NCBI GenBank assembly: GCA_963922565.1 | Contig: CAWUIQ010000007.1 | Span: forward strand, 29,774 to 93,773 | Length of the DNA: 64,000 nt | DNA from: an uncultured Rhodobacterales bacterium | GTDB lineage: Bacteria; Pseudomonadota; Alphaproteobacteria; Rhodobacterales; Rhodobacteraceae | Direction of reading: 5' to 3' | Shown here: positions 31,344 through 41,307 of the stretch, in pieces | Layout: each line of letters opens with the position of its first letter | Numbering within the stretch: the first letter of the stretch is position 1 | Position numbers and translations under genes: made by a program | Notes under the pieces: generated by a model | Told to the model about the DNA's origin: nothing | Seen by the model: the letters and a program-made list of their open reading frames with translations, nothing else | Database searches by the model: none

Positions 31344-31760
31344 TTGGGGAAAGTGCAACATTCAGTCAACGCAAGTCTCTTGGGGCTCGCTCTGCTCGTT
31401 ACGCCCATCGGCAGCGAGAGCGCATTTGCCACTACGGGACCTTTCCCGTCGCAGAAGCCGCATGGTTGCGCCATCGCGCACCTGACGGAAATGGTCGCCC
31501 GCGCAGAACACCAGCGCGACGAGGCCGACATGGCCTATCGGCAAAGTGCGGCGTTGGCTCGCTCGGCGCGCGGGTCCAAACGGGCTTTGCGCGATGCAGG
31601 CGCCCGCTTGAAAGCTGCGGAGTTCACGCTGCGACGGACAGTTTTTGCGCTCGCCGAAGCGCAAGTCGCGTTCGGTGCCAGCTCGTCCTTCACGTCCGCC
31701 GATTGCGACACGCAGCAACTCAAATCCAACAGCCAAACACGTCACAGCATGGGACAGTGA
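31344..31760 (+). CDS. small secreted/periplasmic helical protein (about 135 aa)
   Basis: It has a signal-peptide-like N-terminus (...SLLGLALLVTPIGSESAFA) and high third-position GC. Its stop lies 1 nt before the RND start. The start is ambiguous (TTG 31344 or GTG 31353). Confidence 0.45.
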   Translation: MGKVQHSVNASLLGLALLVTPIGSESAFATTGPFPSQKPHGCAIAHLTEMVARAEHQRDEADMAYRQSAALARSARGSKRALRDAGARLKAAEFTLRRTVFALAEAQVAFGASSSFTSADCDTQQLKSNSQTRHSMGQ

Positions 31761-31761
31761 A

Positions 31762-34104
31762 ATGAATTCCGTTTACTTCGAAAAGCTTGGGGATGCCCTG
31801 GCCGACTTTGCCATCCGCTTCCGATGGTGGGTAGTCGCGGCGTCGGTACTAATATGCCTCGGGATGTCTTTTGGCGCGTCAAACCTGAAATTCGCATCCG
31901 ATTACCGGGTTTTCTTTGGTGCCGACAACCCAGACTTCGTTGCCAATGAAAAGGCTCAAGGCACGTTCGGCAAGGCGGACAATGTTGCGTTTTTGCTGAT
32001 CCCGAAAGACGGCATTGTCTTTGACAGGGATACCTTGGCCGCGACCTTGGCCTTGACCGAAGCGGCCTGGACGCTGCCGTATGTTTCACGCGTCGACAGT
32101 CTGACCAATTTCCAGTCATCGCGAGGTGATGGCGAAAACCTGATCGTCGAGGATGTCCTATTTGAACTCGATGAATTGACCCCGGACCGTATGGCCGAGA
32201 TCGAGCGACTGGCGCGCACCGAACCTTTGCTAAACCGCTTCCTTGTCTCAGAGCGCGGGCAGGCCACTATCGTGAACGCCGTTCTACAGCTGCCCAGCGA
32301 TGTTCCCGCAGTGTCTGTCGAGGCGGCCAGCAAAGCAGCCGCGATCAAGGCCGAGCTAGTTGACGGGTTTCCTGGTCACGATGTGCACCTTCTGGGGGTC
32401 GTCATCCTCAGCGCATCCTTTGAAACCGCCGGTCAGGTCGATAGCCAGACGCTGATCCCGCTTGTTTATGGGCTGATCTTGTTGGTGATCTTCGCGGTGT
32501 TCCGGTCGCTGATCGTCGTTGGAGTCAGCCTGTCGCTGATCTTATTGTCGACTCTCTTTGCAATGGGCATAGGCGGCTTTCTGGGGGTCGAACTCACCCC
32601 GATTTCCCTGTCCGCGCCGACAATCATTCTCACCATAGCTGTGGCTGATGCGATCCACATCTTTTCGGGCGTGCGTGGCTTTATGCGCAAGGGGATGAAC
32701 AAGCGAGACGCGCTGGTTTCATCGGTTGCACTGAATTTCGCCCCGGTCGGCATCACCTCAGTGACGACGATTGTCGGCTTTCTGACCCTCAATTTCTCGG
32801 ATTCGCCGCCCTTTCATCATCTCGGCAACATTACGGCGGCTGGCATCTTTGCAGCCTGGATCCTGTCGATTTTCTTTCTTCCCGCACTGGCGAGTTTTGC
32901 GCCGCTGTCATTCAGGCCGCGGTCGTTTTCCCAGACAAACATCATGACGCATCTGGCCGAACTTGTGGTGCAACGCGCGGTCCCGGTCTTTGGCATAACC
33001 TTGGGGTTGTCGGTGACGGCCATCGCTTTCATCCCGCGGATGGAGCTGAATGACCAATGGACCAAATATTTCGCGCCTAGGCTCGAATTCCGCCAAGCTG
33101 TCGATGCCGCGGCTCCGTTTTTCGGCACCGAACCTATGGAGTTCGTGATCGACAGCGGCGCGCCCGGCAACGTTACCAACCCGGAATTCCTTCAGGTCGT
33201 CGATGACTTCACGAGTTGGTTGCGCACCCGGGACGACGTGGTGACCCATGCCTTTGCTGTTTCGGACATCATGAGGCGGCTGAATCGCAACCTGAACGAC
33301 GAGAACCCGGCCTTCGATGCGATCCCCGATGCAAAGGAGTTGGCGGCGCAGTATCTGCTCGTCTATGAACTCAGCCTGCCTTATGGCCTGGACCTGAACG
33401 ACCGCGTCGACATCAACCGACAAACCACGCGTGTAACCGCCACGACCCGCGACGTCACCACCAACCAGACCAAGGCGTTTATTGCCGATGCCCAGGCGTG
33501 GTTCACTGAAAACAGCAAGGGCATCGCCACATTAGAGGTCACTGGAGCGAAGAAACTGTTTGCCTTTGTCGCCAAGCGCAACATCGAGGCGATGTTCGAG
33601 GGCGCGGTTTATTTGGTTCTGGCTATCGTCTTGATCTTGTCGCTGACCTTTCGGTCGCTCAAGGTCGGACTGCTTAGCCTGATACCCAATGCCCTCCCCA
33701 TCCTGATCACCTTTGGTATTTGGTCGGCGTTGGTGGGAACAGTCGGCTTTTCGGTGGCGGCAACAGGTGCCGTGGCTGTTGGGCTGGTGGTCGATTTCAC
33801 AGTCCACTTCTTGGCCAAATACCTCCGTGCCACACGCGACCGGGGCAAGTCGGTGCCGGACGGAATCCGCTATGCCTTTGACACAGCGGGCATCGCGATC
33901 TTGGCAACAACGATCATCCTGACCGCTGGCTTTGCGATCCTCATAACCTCCAGCTTCAAGTTCAACGCTGATCTTGGGCTGCTCACCGCGATTTCGATCG
34001 TCATGGCGATGATCGTCAACTTCTTCCTGCTGCCCAGCCTGTTGATGCTGAGCCGCGCGAAGACCTCTTCCCAATCAATCTCCAACCCCAAAGAGGCTGC
34101 ATGA
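31762..34104 (+). CDS. MMPL/COG1033-type RND superfamily exporter
   Basis: Track ORF trimmed to the ATG at 31762 (MNSVYFEKLGDALADF...), giving 780 aa. It has two blocks of about 6 TM helices, each preceded by a soluble loop of about 200 aa. Confidence 0.85.
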   Translation: MNSVYFEKLGDALADFAIRFRWWVVAASVLICLGMSFGASNLKFASDYRVFFGADNPDFVANEKAQGTFGKADNVAFLLIPKDGIVFDRDTLAATLALTEAAWTLPYVSRVDSLTNFQSSRGDGENLIVEDVLFELDELTPDRMAEIERLARTEPLLNRFLVSERGQATIVNAVLQLPSDVPAVSVEAASKAAAIKAELVDGFPGHDVHLLGVVILSASFETAGQVDSQTLIPLVYGLILLVIFAVFRSLIVVGVSLSLILLSTLFAMGIGGFLGVELTPISLSAPTIILTIAVADAIHIFSGVRGFMRKGMNKRDALVSSVALNFAPVGITSVTTIVGFLTLNFSDSPPFHHLGNITAAGIFAAWILSIFFLPALASFAPLSFRPRSFSQTNIMTHLAELVVQRAVPVFGITLGLSVTAIAFIPRMELNDQWTKYFAPRLEFRQAVDAAAPFFGTEPMEFVIDSGAPGNVTNPEFLQVVDDFTSWLRTRDDVVTHAFAVSDIMRRLNRNLNDENPAFDAIPDAKELAAQYLLVYELSLPYGLDLNDRVDINRQTTRVTATTRDVTTNQTKAFIADAQAWFTENSKGIATLEVTGAKKLFAFVAKRNIEAMFEGAVYLVLAIVLILSLTFRSLKVGLLSLIPNALPILITFGIWSALVGTVGFSVAATGAVAVGLVVDFTVHFLAKYLRATRDRGKSVPDGIRYAFDTAGIAILATTIILTAGFAILITSSFKFNADLGLLTAISIVMAMIVNFFLLPSLLMLSRAKTSSQSISNPKEAA

Positions 34105-34892
34105 TGAAACTTATCTCAACCTTGGCCACTGCGGCTGCATTGGCACTGTCTCCGCTGGTCCTGACGGCTCAGACCGCCGAGGAAAAAGGGTTCGCTATCG
34201 CTCACCGAAGTGACCTGTCGGACAAGGGTTTTGGCAGAAGCTCGGTCCGGGTGACCATGACGCTGACCAATCGGGCTGGTGCCCGCACAACGCGCGAGAT
34301 GCAGATCGATACCCTGGAAAAGTCCGGCCGTGGAAACGGCGACCGGTCCCTGATCCAGTTCTTCTCGCCCGGTGATGTCGACGGAACGGCACTCTTGTCT
34401 CATGCCAGGGTGACCAAGGCAGACGATCAGTGGCTATTCCTGCCGAGCCTCAGCCGGGTCAAACGGATTTCGTCTGCGAACAAGTCTGGCCCTTTCGTTG
34501 GCTCAGAGTTTTCTTTCGAAGACCTGACAATCTCTGAGTTGGGTAAGTTCGAGTACCGGTATCTGGAAACCAAGCTTGTCGACGGCATGCAGATGGACAT
34601 TCTGGAATGCCTCCCGGCCTACAAGCGGTCCGGATACTCCCGCGTGCTGTGCCACTTTGACACTCAGCACAGTCAAGCGCGCAAGTTCGAGTTCTATGAT
34701 CGGGGCGGGCAGCGTCTGAAAACACTCACTTTGACCAGTTACAAGCGGTACGGAAACATCTGGCGCCCGCAGAAACAGACCATGGTCAACCACCTTACGG
34801 GCAAGACCACGACGCTGGATTTTGGTGCTTTCGACTTCAGCGCGCGCTTGCGCGGAAGCGACTTTGAACCATCGGCCCTGGAGCGCCTCTGA
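34101..34892 (+). CDS. LolA-like outer-membrane lipoprotein-sorting family protein
   Basis: 263 aa with ATGA overlap with the RND gene. The signal peptide is MMKLISTLATAAALALSPLVLTAQ. WLFLPSLSRVKRISSANKSGPFVGSEFSFEDL is typical of the LolA-like partners of MMPL exporters (from memory). Confidence 0.7.
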   Translation: MMKLISTLATAAALALSPLVLTAQTAEEKGFAIAHRSDLSDKGFGRSSVRVTMTLTNRAGARTTREMQIDTLEKSGRGNGDRSLIQFFSPGDVDGTALLSHARVTKADDQWLFLPSLSRVKRISSANKSGPFVGSEFSFEDLTISELGKFEYRYLETKLVDGMQMDILECLPAYKRSGYSRVLCHFDTQHSQARKFEFYDRGGQRLKTLTLTSYKRYGNIWRPQKQTMVNHLTGKTTTLDFGAFDFSARLRGSDFEPSALERL

Positions 34893-36104
34893 ATGACTTA
34901 CCTCAAAAGCTCCTGGGCTTGGGGCACCGCTTTGTGCGGTGCCCTCTTATCTCTTGGCTCCGCAATGCACGCACAGGATCTACAGTTCTCGCCCGAGGTT
35001 GGACTAGAGCTTACCGGGTTCCCTGATGACCCCGCCTTCGACGACCAATTCCACGGGTTTGTCGGCGCGATTATCGCCACCGGTGAGCTTTCGTGGCGCA
35101 GTGGCACCGGCGATGTGCAGGTGGTTTTGGACCCGTATCTGCGATATGACAGCCGTGACGATGAACGGACCTATGCCGACCTTCGCCGCGGGTTTCTGCG
35201 CTATTTTGGCGACGGATGGGACGTTACTATCGGGGCAGATCGGGTTTTCTGGGGTGTTGTCGAGTCCGTCAATGTCGTGGATGTGATCAACCAACGGGAC
35301 GGCCTCGAGAATGCGGATCTCGATGAGAAGCTCGGCCAGCCAATGCTTCGGTTTTCGACGCAGACCGACATCGGCAACTTCGACGTCTTTTATTTGCCTT
35401 ACTTCCGCGAACGGGAATTTCCTGGTGTCGAGAGCCGCGTGCGCTTGCCTTTCCCAGTCGATGAAAGCGCCGCAACATTCGAACGAGACGGTGATGAGAC
35501 GGCGGGCGATTTTGCGCTGCGCTATTCCAACCGGTTTGGCGGTTTTGATATCGGTGTCAGTTACTTTCACGGTACCGCGCGCCAGCCGCGTCTTGATTTT
35601 AACCCGGCCCGCGAGGTGTTTGAGCCGTTCTATCAACGCCAGACCCAACTGGGCCTCGATGTTCAATTCACATCCGATGCTTGGCTCTTGAAACTGGAAG
35701 CAGCTCAGGTCGAGCTTGGCGACGACACATTCCTCGCTGCGGTCGGTGGGGTCGAGTACACTTTTTTCGACGTTGCTGGATCCGGCCGGGATATCGGTTT
35801 GATTGCGGAGTACCTGCACGATGGACGCGACCAGGTCATAAGTCCAACAACCCCATTCGAGGACGATTTGTTTCTGGGTACGCGGATCACTTGGAACGAC
35901 GTAGAAGATACCGAGCTTCTGGCTGGCGCCATTGTTGATGTCGATGGCGGTGGAACCCAATTCAGCTCGGAGTTCCAGCGCCGGATAGGCGACAACAACC
36001 TGCTCGAAGTCGAGATACGCGCCGTTGACGCCAGCGGGGATCCGCTTCTGGATGCGTTCGAATCCGACACATCCGTTCTGATCCGATGGACCCGCTTTTT
36101 TTGA
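34893..36104 (+). CDS. putative outer-membrane beta-barrel protein
   Basis: 403 aa, starting directly after the preceding stop. It has a signal peptide (...LLSLGSAMHAQ), amphipathic beta patterning and a C-terminal ...IRWTRFF. Confidence 0.6.
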   Translation: MTYLKSSWAWGTALCGALLSLGSAMHAQDLQFSPEVGLELTGFPDDPAFDDQFHGFVGAIIATGELSWRSGTGDVQVVLDPYLRYDSRDDERTYADLRRGFLRYFGDGWDVTIGADRVFWGVVESVNVVDVINQRDGLENADLDEKLGQPMLRFSTQTDIGNFDVFYLPYFREREFPGVESRVRLPFPVDESAATFERDGDETAGDFALRYSNRFGGFDIGVSYFHGTARQPRLDFNPAREVFEPFYQRQTQLGLDVQFTSDAWLLKLEAAQVELGDDTFLAAVGGVEYTFFDVAGSGRDIGLIAEYLHDGRDQVISPTTPFEDDLFLGTRITWNDVEDTELLAGAIVDVDGGGTQFSSEFQRRIGDNNLLEVEIRAVDASGDPLLDAFESDTSVLIRWTRFF

Positions 36105-36202
36105 CGGCTAGGCGGCGGCACGAGAGCTCGAATCATTCCTCTCGTATGAGTGGTGCGAGGCCATGCAGAAAGGGTTTCTATCTTAGATCGCGACAGCCTT
36201 GC

Positions 36203-36580
36203 TTAACTGTCGCGACTGACGATCAAAAGCTCCAGTCGCTTGATCTCTCGTATCATGCGATCGGCTTGCATCTGCGGCATGAGGCTGAGTTTGAGCTGAA
36301 TTGCCATGTGGACGAGCACGGCTGACGGCAAGCCCCATTTGAGGGCATTCAGAACGTCGTCGCTGGTGAAGAACCGAATGGCACACCAAGCGCCGATGAC
36401 GAAAAGGCCCGCCTGCAGCGCCATGATCAGCCATGTTACCCACCCCAGCTTGCCTTGAAACTGACTGCGGCCGAGCGCGAAGTAGCCGAGTTCATCGGTT
36501 CCCTCCAAAATCTGTCGGTCCTGTTCCGTCAGCGCGGCTTCGATCAGGTCGTCGAGACGGGAGTGTCTGCTATCTGTCAT
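36203..36580 (-). CDS. membrane protein downstream of the ECF sigma gene (putative anti-sigma/partner)
   Basis: Track ORF trimmed to the ATG at 36580 (MTDSRHSRLDDLIEAALTEQDRQIL...). It has two TM helices and overlaps the sigma gene by 11 nt. Confidence 0.55.
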   Translation of the reverse strand: MTDSRHSRLDDLIEAALTEQDRQILEGTDELGYFALGRSQFQGKLGWVTWLIMALQAGLFVIGAWCAIRFFTSDDVLNALKWGLPSAVLVHMAIQLKLSLMPQMQADRMIREIKRLELLIVSRDS

Positions 36581-37124
36581 CGATTTCTCCTTCCAGTGCT
36601 TGTCTGAGTTTGTTGCGGGCGAGCATGAGCCGCCGTTTGACGGTGCCAACCGGCACATCCATCGCGATCGATACTTCGGCGACGCCCATCTCCTCCAGGT
36701 AGAAGAGCGCGACGGTCGCGGCTTGTTCCGGTGGCAGGGCCACAATAGCGCGGCGAACGTTTGACGCCTGTACGGCGCTCGGGCCGGCCTCTGGAACGCA
36801 TTCGGGTTGGTTTATACGAGCGTCGTTGTCGAATGCTCTTCCTCTTTGCTTTCTCTTGATGATCGCGGCGCATTTTCTGGTCACGATCCGCGTCGACCAT
36901 GCTGGAAACGTCTGGTCGTCGCGCAGGGCGCCCAGACCGTTGATGATGGCAATCCAAGCCTCCTGGGTGGCGTCGCGCGCCTCGTCCGGATCGCCCAGCA
37001 GGCGTGTCGCGTGCACCAGCAAGCGGGGCCCACGAAGCGCGACGAGCTGCGCTAGCGCACGTCGGTCCCCCAATCGGGCTGACGCAACAAGATAGCGTTC
37101 GAAACTCCGGGACCTTCGGTCCAT
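36570..37124 (-). CDS. ECF-type RNA polymerase sigma-70 factor
   Basis: 184 aa. Region 2 is ...DATQEAWIAIINGL... and the region 4 HTH is ...VAEVSIAMDVPVGTVKRRLMLARNKLRQAL. Confidence 0.85.
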   Translation of the reverse strand: MDRRSRSFERYLVASARLGDRRALAQLVALRGPRLLVHATRLLGDPDEARDATQEAWIAIINGLGALRDDQTFPAWSTRIVTRKCAAIIKRKQRGRAFDNDARINQPECVPEAGPSAVQASNVRRAIVALPPEQAATVALFYLEEMGVAEVSIAMDVPVGTVKRRLMLARNKLRQALEGEIDDR

Positions 37125-37517
37125 TCCACACCCGTCGATTTTACTTCGTGCTGAATATGAGGTGTGTTGTCGTGCCCAATTGGTTCACTCGGAACGCAAT
37201 TTTTTGGCGACTATGGTGGCCGGCTCATCGACGAGGGACCGGAATGCCGCCGTTCGTTGTGCGAGTGATGCTGCGGCTTTATCAGTTGCATGACCCAATC
37301 GATGCCACGCAGGTAGTCTTCCTGGCTGGGCCGGGCGCCTTGTTGGGCAGCCGCCACTGAAAAGACGAAACAGTGTGTATAGTCGCCAAGCAGGTTGAGC
37401 ATGACATCATAGGCGTCGACGTCATTCAACACCGAGGTACACCAACGAACCTGATGTGCTGAACACTACGAATGACACCTGATCTCGATCAGTGGCTGGC
37501 CAAGGGCAAGGCGGCCT

Positions 37518-37976
37518 CTAAGCGTTGGTCGGATCGACCTCATGTGGCGTCCGAAACGCGACTGCCATCCGGTTCCAGATGTTGATGGTCCCGATCGCTA
37601 CGGTCAGCTTGGTGATCTCTGCGTCGGAAAAGTGATCCTTAAGCGGTTCGTAGGCGCAGTCCGGTGCCCCTGTGTCAGCAACCTTTGTCACGGCATCCGT
37701 CCATTCGAGAACGGCGCGTTCGCGGTCACTGTAGACCGGGCTTTCTCTCCAGGCCGATATCAATGCAATCCACTGCTCACCCAACCCTTCCCTGCGCGCT
37801 TCCTTGACGTGCATGTCAACGCAAAATGCACAACCGTTAATCTGCGATGCGCGGATCTTCAAAAGGTGCAGGAGCCGCGGCTCGATACTGGCACGTTGTG
37901 AGACGAATTGCTCCAGCGCTAAAACCGCCTTAAGTGCATCAGGTGCGGCCTTCATGTAGTCGATGCGTTGTTCCAT
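37518..37976 (-). CDS. carboxymuconolactone decarboxylase (AhpD-like) family protein
   Basis: Trimmed to the ATG at 37976, giving 152 aa. The CxxC motif lies in INGCAFCVDMH. Confidence 0.85.
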   Translation of the reverse strand: MEQRIDYMKAAPDALKAVLALEQFVSQRASIEPRLLHLLKIRASQINGCAFCVDMHVKEARREGLGEQWIALISAWRESPVYSDRERAVLEWTDAVTKVADTGAPDCAYEPLKDHFSDAEITKLTVAIGTINIWNRMAVAFRTPHEVDPTNA

Positions 37977-37989
37977 CGTCGTGTCCTTC

Positions 37990-38502
37990 CTAAGGTGATG
38001 CTGACTTCGATTGCCGGGCGTGCCGCTCAAGAAAGGCACAGCCCCTATCGTTTATCGCTCCATCGCGGTCCTCGCGCGCAACCTGCTCCAGCAAGTCGGC
38101 GAGGCTGACAGCACGCAGTTCTGCGCGATATGCTCGTTCGGCCCTAAGCATGGCTGCGCTGACCTGACAGGGCGCCTTAAAGTACTTCTGCGGCAGCGGG
38201 GCTGGCCCGTTTTGGCGGATTTCCTTGCAGCGAAATGCGGGCTCGGTGCCTTCGAGCGCCAACACAATATCCAGAAGTGATATCTCTGCCGGCTGACGGG
38301 CGAGTCTATAACCACCTTTCGGGCCCGGCACCGTGTCGAGGATCTTGGCACGGGACAGTGTCTGCAGATGCTTAAGCAGATAGCTTTGCGATACGCCGTG
38401 AAACTCGGCCAGGGCTGCCGCCGACAACGTTTGATCGGGGTTCAAGACTGCCAACATCGTGGCCGAATGAATGGCTTGTTCAACGCCGTCGCCGAGTTTC
38501 AT
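37990..38502 (-). CDS. Rrf2-family transcriptional regulator
   Basis: Trimmed to the ATG at 38502 (MKLGDGVEQAIHSATMLAVL...LAEFHGVSQSYLLKHLQTLSRAKILDTVPGPKGGYRLA). Confidence 0.85.
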   Translation of the reverse strand: MKLGDGVEQAIHSATMLAVLNPDQTLSAAALAEFHGVSQSYLLKHLQTLSRAKILDTVPGPKGGYRLARQPAEISLLDIVLALEGTEPAFRCKEIRQNGPAPLPQKYFKAPCQVSAAMLRAERAYRAELRAVSLADLLEQVAREDRDGAINDRGCAFLERHARQSKSASP

Positions 38503-38521
38503 GAATGCCTCGCTTGATTCG

Positions 38522-38538
38522 TGGACATATATTATCCA
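38522..38538. promoter_or_regulatory. AT-rich palindrome TGGACATATATTATCCA upstream of the Rrf2 gene
   Basis: TGGA/TCCA arms flank an ATATAT core, 20 nt upstream of the Rrf2 start. Rrf2 regulators commonly bind AT-rich palindromes. Confidence 0.3.
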
Positions 38539-38819
38539 TGATCGTGATGTCGTCAAACTGATCATTCGACGCGCTTCGAAAAGATGATCTATTGACGGTC
38601 ATGCTTTGCAGAGGCCCCTGATACCCTGTCATCGACATGTCGTGCGACGTCGGGCCTGTTCACGACCGCTTCTGCTCCAGCTGATCCGAGGCGTCAGGTT
38701 ACTTCGAGTGGAATGTCGGCGCGGGTCATCCGACCTGCTACGCAATCGCCCGTTGCATGTCGGATTTGCATACGCCCGCGCGTCCTTGCAGCATAGGAAT
38801 GAACACGCGGAGGCAAGAA

Positions 38820-39190
38820 TGATTTACGCAATCACAATTTATGGCGATGCGGGTGTCTTTGAGGCGCTTCCAAAGGGCCGCCAGGACGAGGTAATGTCTG
38901 GACATGGGGCGCTGCAATCCGCGTTGAAGGAAAGGGGTGAATTTGTAACGATGAAACTCATGCCGCCTACATCTGCGGTCATGGTGGAACCCGCCACAGC
39001 AGAAGGAAAAGCGCCGCTGATCACGGATGGTCCGTTTTCTGAAACCAAAGAGAACTTCCTTGGCTTCTATGCTGCGGATTTCAAAGACCTGGACGAAGCC
39101 CTGGAATACGCGAAGATGATTTCGTCACCGATCGCGCGGTTGGAAGTGCGGCCAGTCGCATGGGCCGGAGGCGCCATTTCGTCGGAATAG
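38820..39190 (+). CDS. YciI-like (DGPF-domain) protein
   Basis: Trimmed to the ATG at 38820, giving 123 aa. It contains ...PLITDGPFSETKENFLGFY... and lies 3 nt upstream of the sigma gene. Confidence 0.8.
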
Positions 39191-39193
39191 ACT

Positions 39194-40429
39194 ATGTCTG
39201 ATTGGCTCGAAGCCACATTCGCCCAACAACGCCCCCGGGCCATCGCGGCCCTGACGCGGCTGTTTCGCGATATCGACACAGCCGAAGAAGCCTTTGCCGA
39301 CGCAACCCTCAAGGCTCTGACAGTATGGGTGCGGGATGGCGCGCCAAGAGACCCGTTAGCGTGGCTACTGACCACAGCTCGGAATGCCGGGCTGGATCGT
39401 CTGCGCAAATCGCAGCGCCGCGCTGCGATACTGTCGCGCCACCACGAGGAGTTTCAGCCGATGCCAGCAGAAACACCCGACCCGGACGAGATGCGCGATG
39501 ACGTTCTTCGGTTGCTCTTCATTTGTTGCCATCCAGAGCTTGATCGCCGGGATCAGATCGCGATTGCCCTGAAGGTCGTCCTGGGCCTTGGCGTCGAAGA
39601 GATCGCCAGCGGTTTTCTTGTCAAACCGAAGACGATGGAACAACGGATCACGCGCGCCAAAAAGAAGATCGGCGCCAATCCCGTCGCGTTTGAAACCCCA
39701 AGCCCGCAGGAGCGGGGTGCGCGATTGGGTGAGGTGTCTTTGATGATTTACCTTATGTTCAATGAGGGGTGGTCGACCTCGGCGGGGCGGTCGCAAATGA
39801 AGTTAACGCTGTGCGAAGAGGCGATCCGCCTGGCCCGGCTGCTTGTCGCGCTCTTTCCGGGGATGGGGGAACAGGCGGCGCTTCTGGCGCTCTTGTTACT
39901 GCAGCATGCGCGGCGAAGGGCGCGGATTGATACGGATGGAAAGCTCGTCGCACTGGACGATCAGGATCGGAACCGCTGGGATCGTTCAGATATCGCGGAG
40001 GCGATGGCCTTGCTGCAAAAGGCGCAACGCATCAATCATCGCGGGGTCTATGTCATCCAAGCCACGATCGCCGCTGCACATGCCCGGGCGACATCGTCAG
40101 AAGATACGGATTGGGCGCTGATCGAGACCCACTATGCTGCCCTCTATGCCCTGCAACCAACCCCTGTGGTACGGCTCAACCAAGTTGCGGCGCAGGCCAG
40201 GCTTCATGGGCCGCAGTTTGCGTTGAACGCCATGGAGGCTTTGGCGAATGATCTGTCGACCTATCGCTGGTTCCACGCGATGCGGGGCGGTCTGTTACAG
40301 GATATCGGTGATCACGAAGCAGCGATTTCAGCCTATGAGAAGGTGATCACGCTTGCCCCAACGGACCCGGAACTTGTCGCGGTGAAAGACAAAATCGCGA
40401 TCAGCAAAAAAGAATTGGGTCGGCTGTAG
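39194..40429 (+). CDS. ECF-like sigma factor with a long C-terminal TPR-like extension (SigJ/DUF6596-type)
   Basis: 411 aa. The sigma region 2 motif is PLAWLLTTARNAGLDRLR and region 4 is ...LGLGVEEIASGFLVKPKTMEQRITRAKKKI. Pairing with a YciI gene is typical for this group. Confidence 0.85.
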   Translation: MSDWLEATFAQQRPRAIAALTRLFRDIDTAEEAFADATLKALTVWVRDGAPRDPLAWLLTTARNAGLDRLRKSQRRAAILSRHHEEFQPMPAETPDPDEMRDDVLRLLFICCHPELDRRDQIAIALKVVLGLGVEEIASGFLVKPKTMEQRITRAKKKIGANPVAFETPSPQERGARLGEVSLMIYLMFNEGWSTSAGRSQMKLTLCEEAIRLARLLVALFPGMGEQAALLALLLLQHARRRARIDTDGKLVALDDQDRNRWDRSDIAEAMALLQKAQRINHRGVYVIQATIAAAHARATSSEDTDWALIETHYAALYALQPTPVVRLNQVAAQARLHGPQFALNAMEALANDLSTYRWFHAMRGGLLQDIGDHEAAISAYEKVITLAPTDPELVAVKDKIAISKKELGRL

Positions 40430-40497
40430 GGAACCGGATAGGCGGCGCGTCCTTGGATCAGACCCGCATGTGGCGGGCAAAACCAAGGGAGATGTCC

Positions 40498-40884
40498 ATG
40501 ACTATTCTTGAAATGACCACCGTCGGTAATTCCGGTTGGATCGGGCATTCGGGCCCGGATCAAGGAAAGGCCAAGGCCTTTTACAGGGACGTGCTTGGAT
40601 GGACGATCAACGACATGCCGATGCAGGACGGATCGAGTTACTCCGCCGTAGTGGTGGGCGAGACGGCCATCGGTGGCTTTTCACCCGTTCCAGAGGAAGA
40701 CGGCAGCTGGACGATCTTTTTTACCGTTGCCGACGTTGATGAGAGCGTCGCGAGGGCCGAGGCCAAGGGCGCGGCAGTCATCCAGCCTGCGATGGATATG
40801 CCGGGTGTCGGTCGAATGGCCACCCTGTCCGACCCTCAAGGGGCGCGCTTTGCGTTGATCACCTATGAAAGCATGGCGTCCTGA
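40498..40884 (+). CDS. VOC (glyoxalase/bleomycin-resistance fold) family protein
   Basis: About 128 aa with ...AKAFYRDVLGWT...PGVGRMATLSDPQGARFAL. The start could be 40492 or 40498. Confidence 0.75.
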   Translation: MTILEMTTVGNSGWIGHSGPDQGKAKAFYRDVLGWTINDMPMQDGSSYSAVVVGETAIGGFSPVPEEDGSWTIFFTVADVDESVARAEAKGAAVIQPAMDMPGVGRMATLSDPQGARFALITYESMAS

Positions 40885-40908
40885 GGCGCCGCTGAAAGGA
40901 GGGATCAG

Positions 40909-41307
40909 ATGGAAAATCTACCCCAAATCGCGCTTACGGTTACGGCGGTCTTTGTGTTGATGAGCGTTCCGATGGCGATCGCAGTCGGAGTGCGTCGGAC
41001 AAAGACCGGTATCCTCTTGTTGCACGGCGACGACGAGAGCCTACTGCGACTGATGCGGGCGCATGGAAACTTCACGGAGTATGTGCCGCTCGCGCTTCTG
41101 GCCCTTGTCGGGGCCGAGGTTGCGGGTGCCGCCCCATGGTTCGTCGCAGTCTGCGGTTGTGCGCTGCTGCTGGGGCGCCTGATCCACTACTTCAGCCTGC
41201 GTGCCGCAGCCGACAGCAAGGGCCGGACGATAGGCGCGGCGCTGACCACACTCACGATGTTGGTGCTTGGGCTCGCGATCTTGTGGCAACTCGGCGGGGA
41301 AGTCTGA
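40909..41307 (+). CDS. MAPEG-family membrane protein
   Basis: 132 aa with 3-4 TM helices and the RAHGNFTEYVPLAL motif. Confidence 0.8.
   Translation: MENLPQIALTVTAVFVLMSVPMAIAVGVRRTKTGILLLHGDDESLLRLMRAHGNFTEYVPLALLALVGAEVAGAAPWFVAVCGCALLLGRLIHYFSLRAAADSKGRTIGAALTTLTMLVLGLAILWQLGGEV

Noticed and set aside
37125-37517. Small ORFs in the gap upstream of the ECF sigma gene: 37211..37432 on the minus strand (73 aa, GTG start) and 37004..37360 on the plus strand.
   Set aside because: - There are no recognisable motifs and no RBS, and the two ORFs overlap each other.
- This may be a gene remnant, but I cannot support a call without a homology search.
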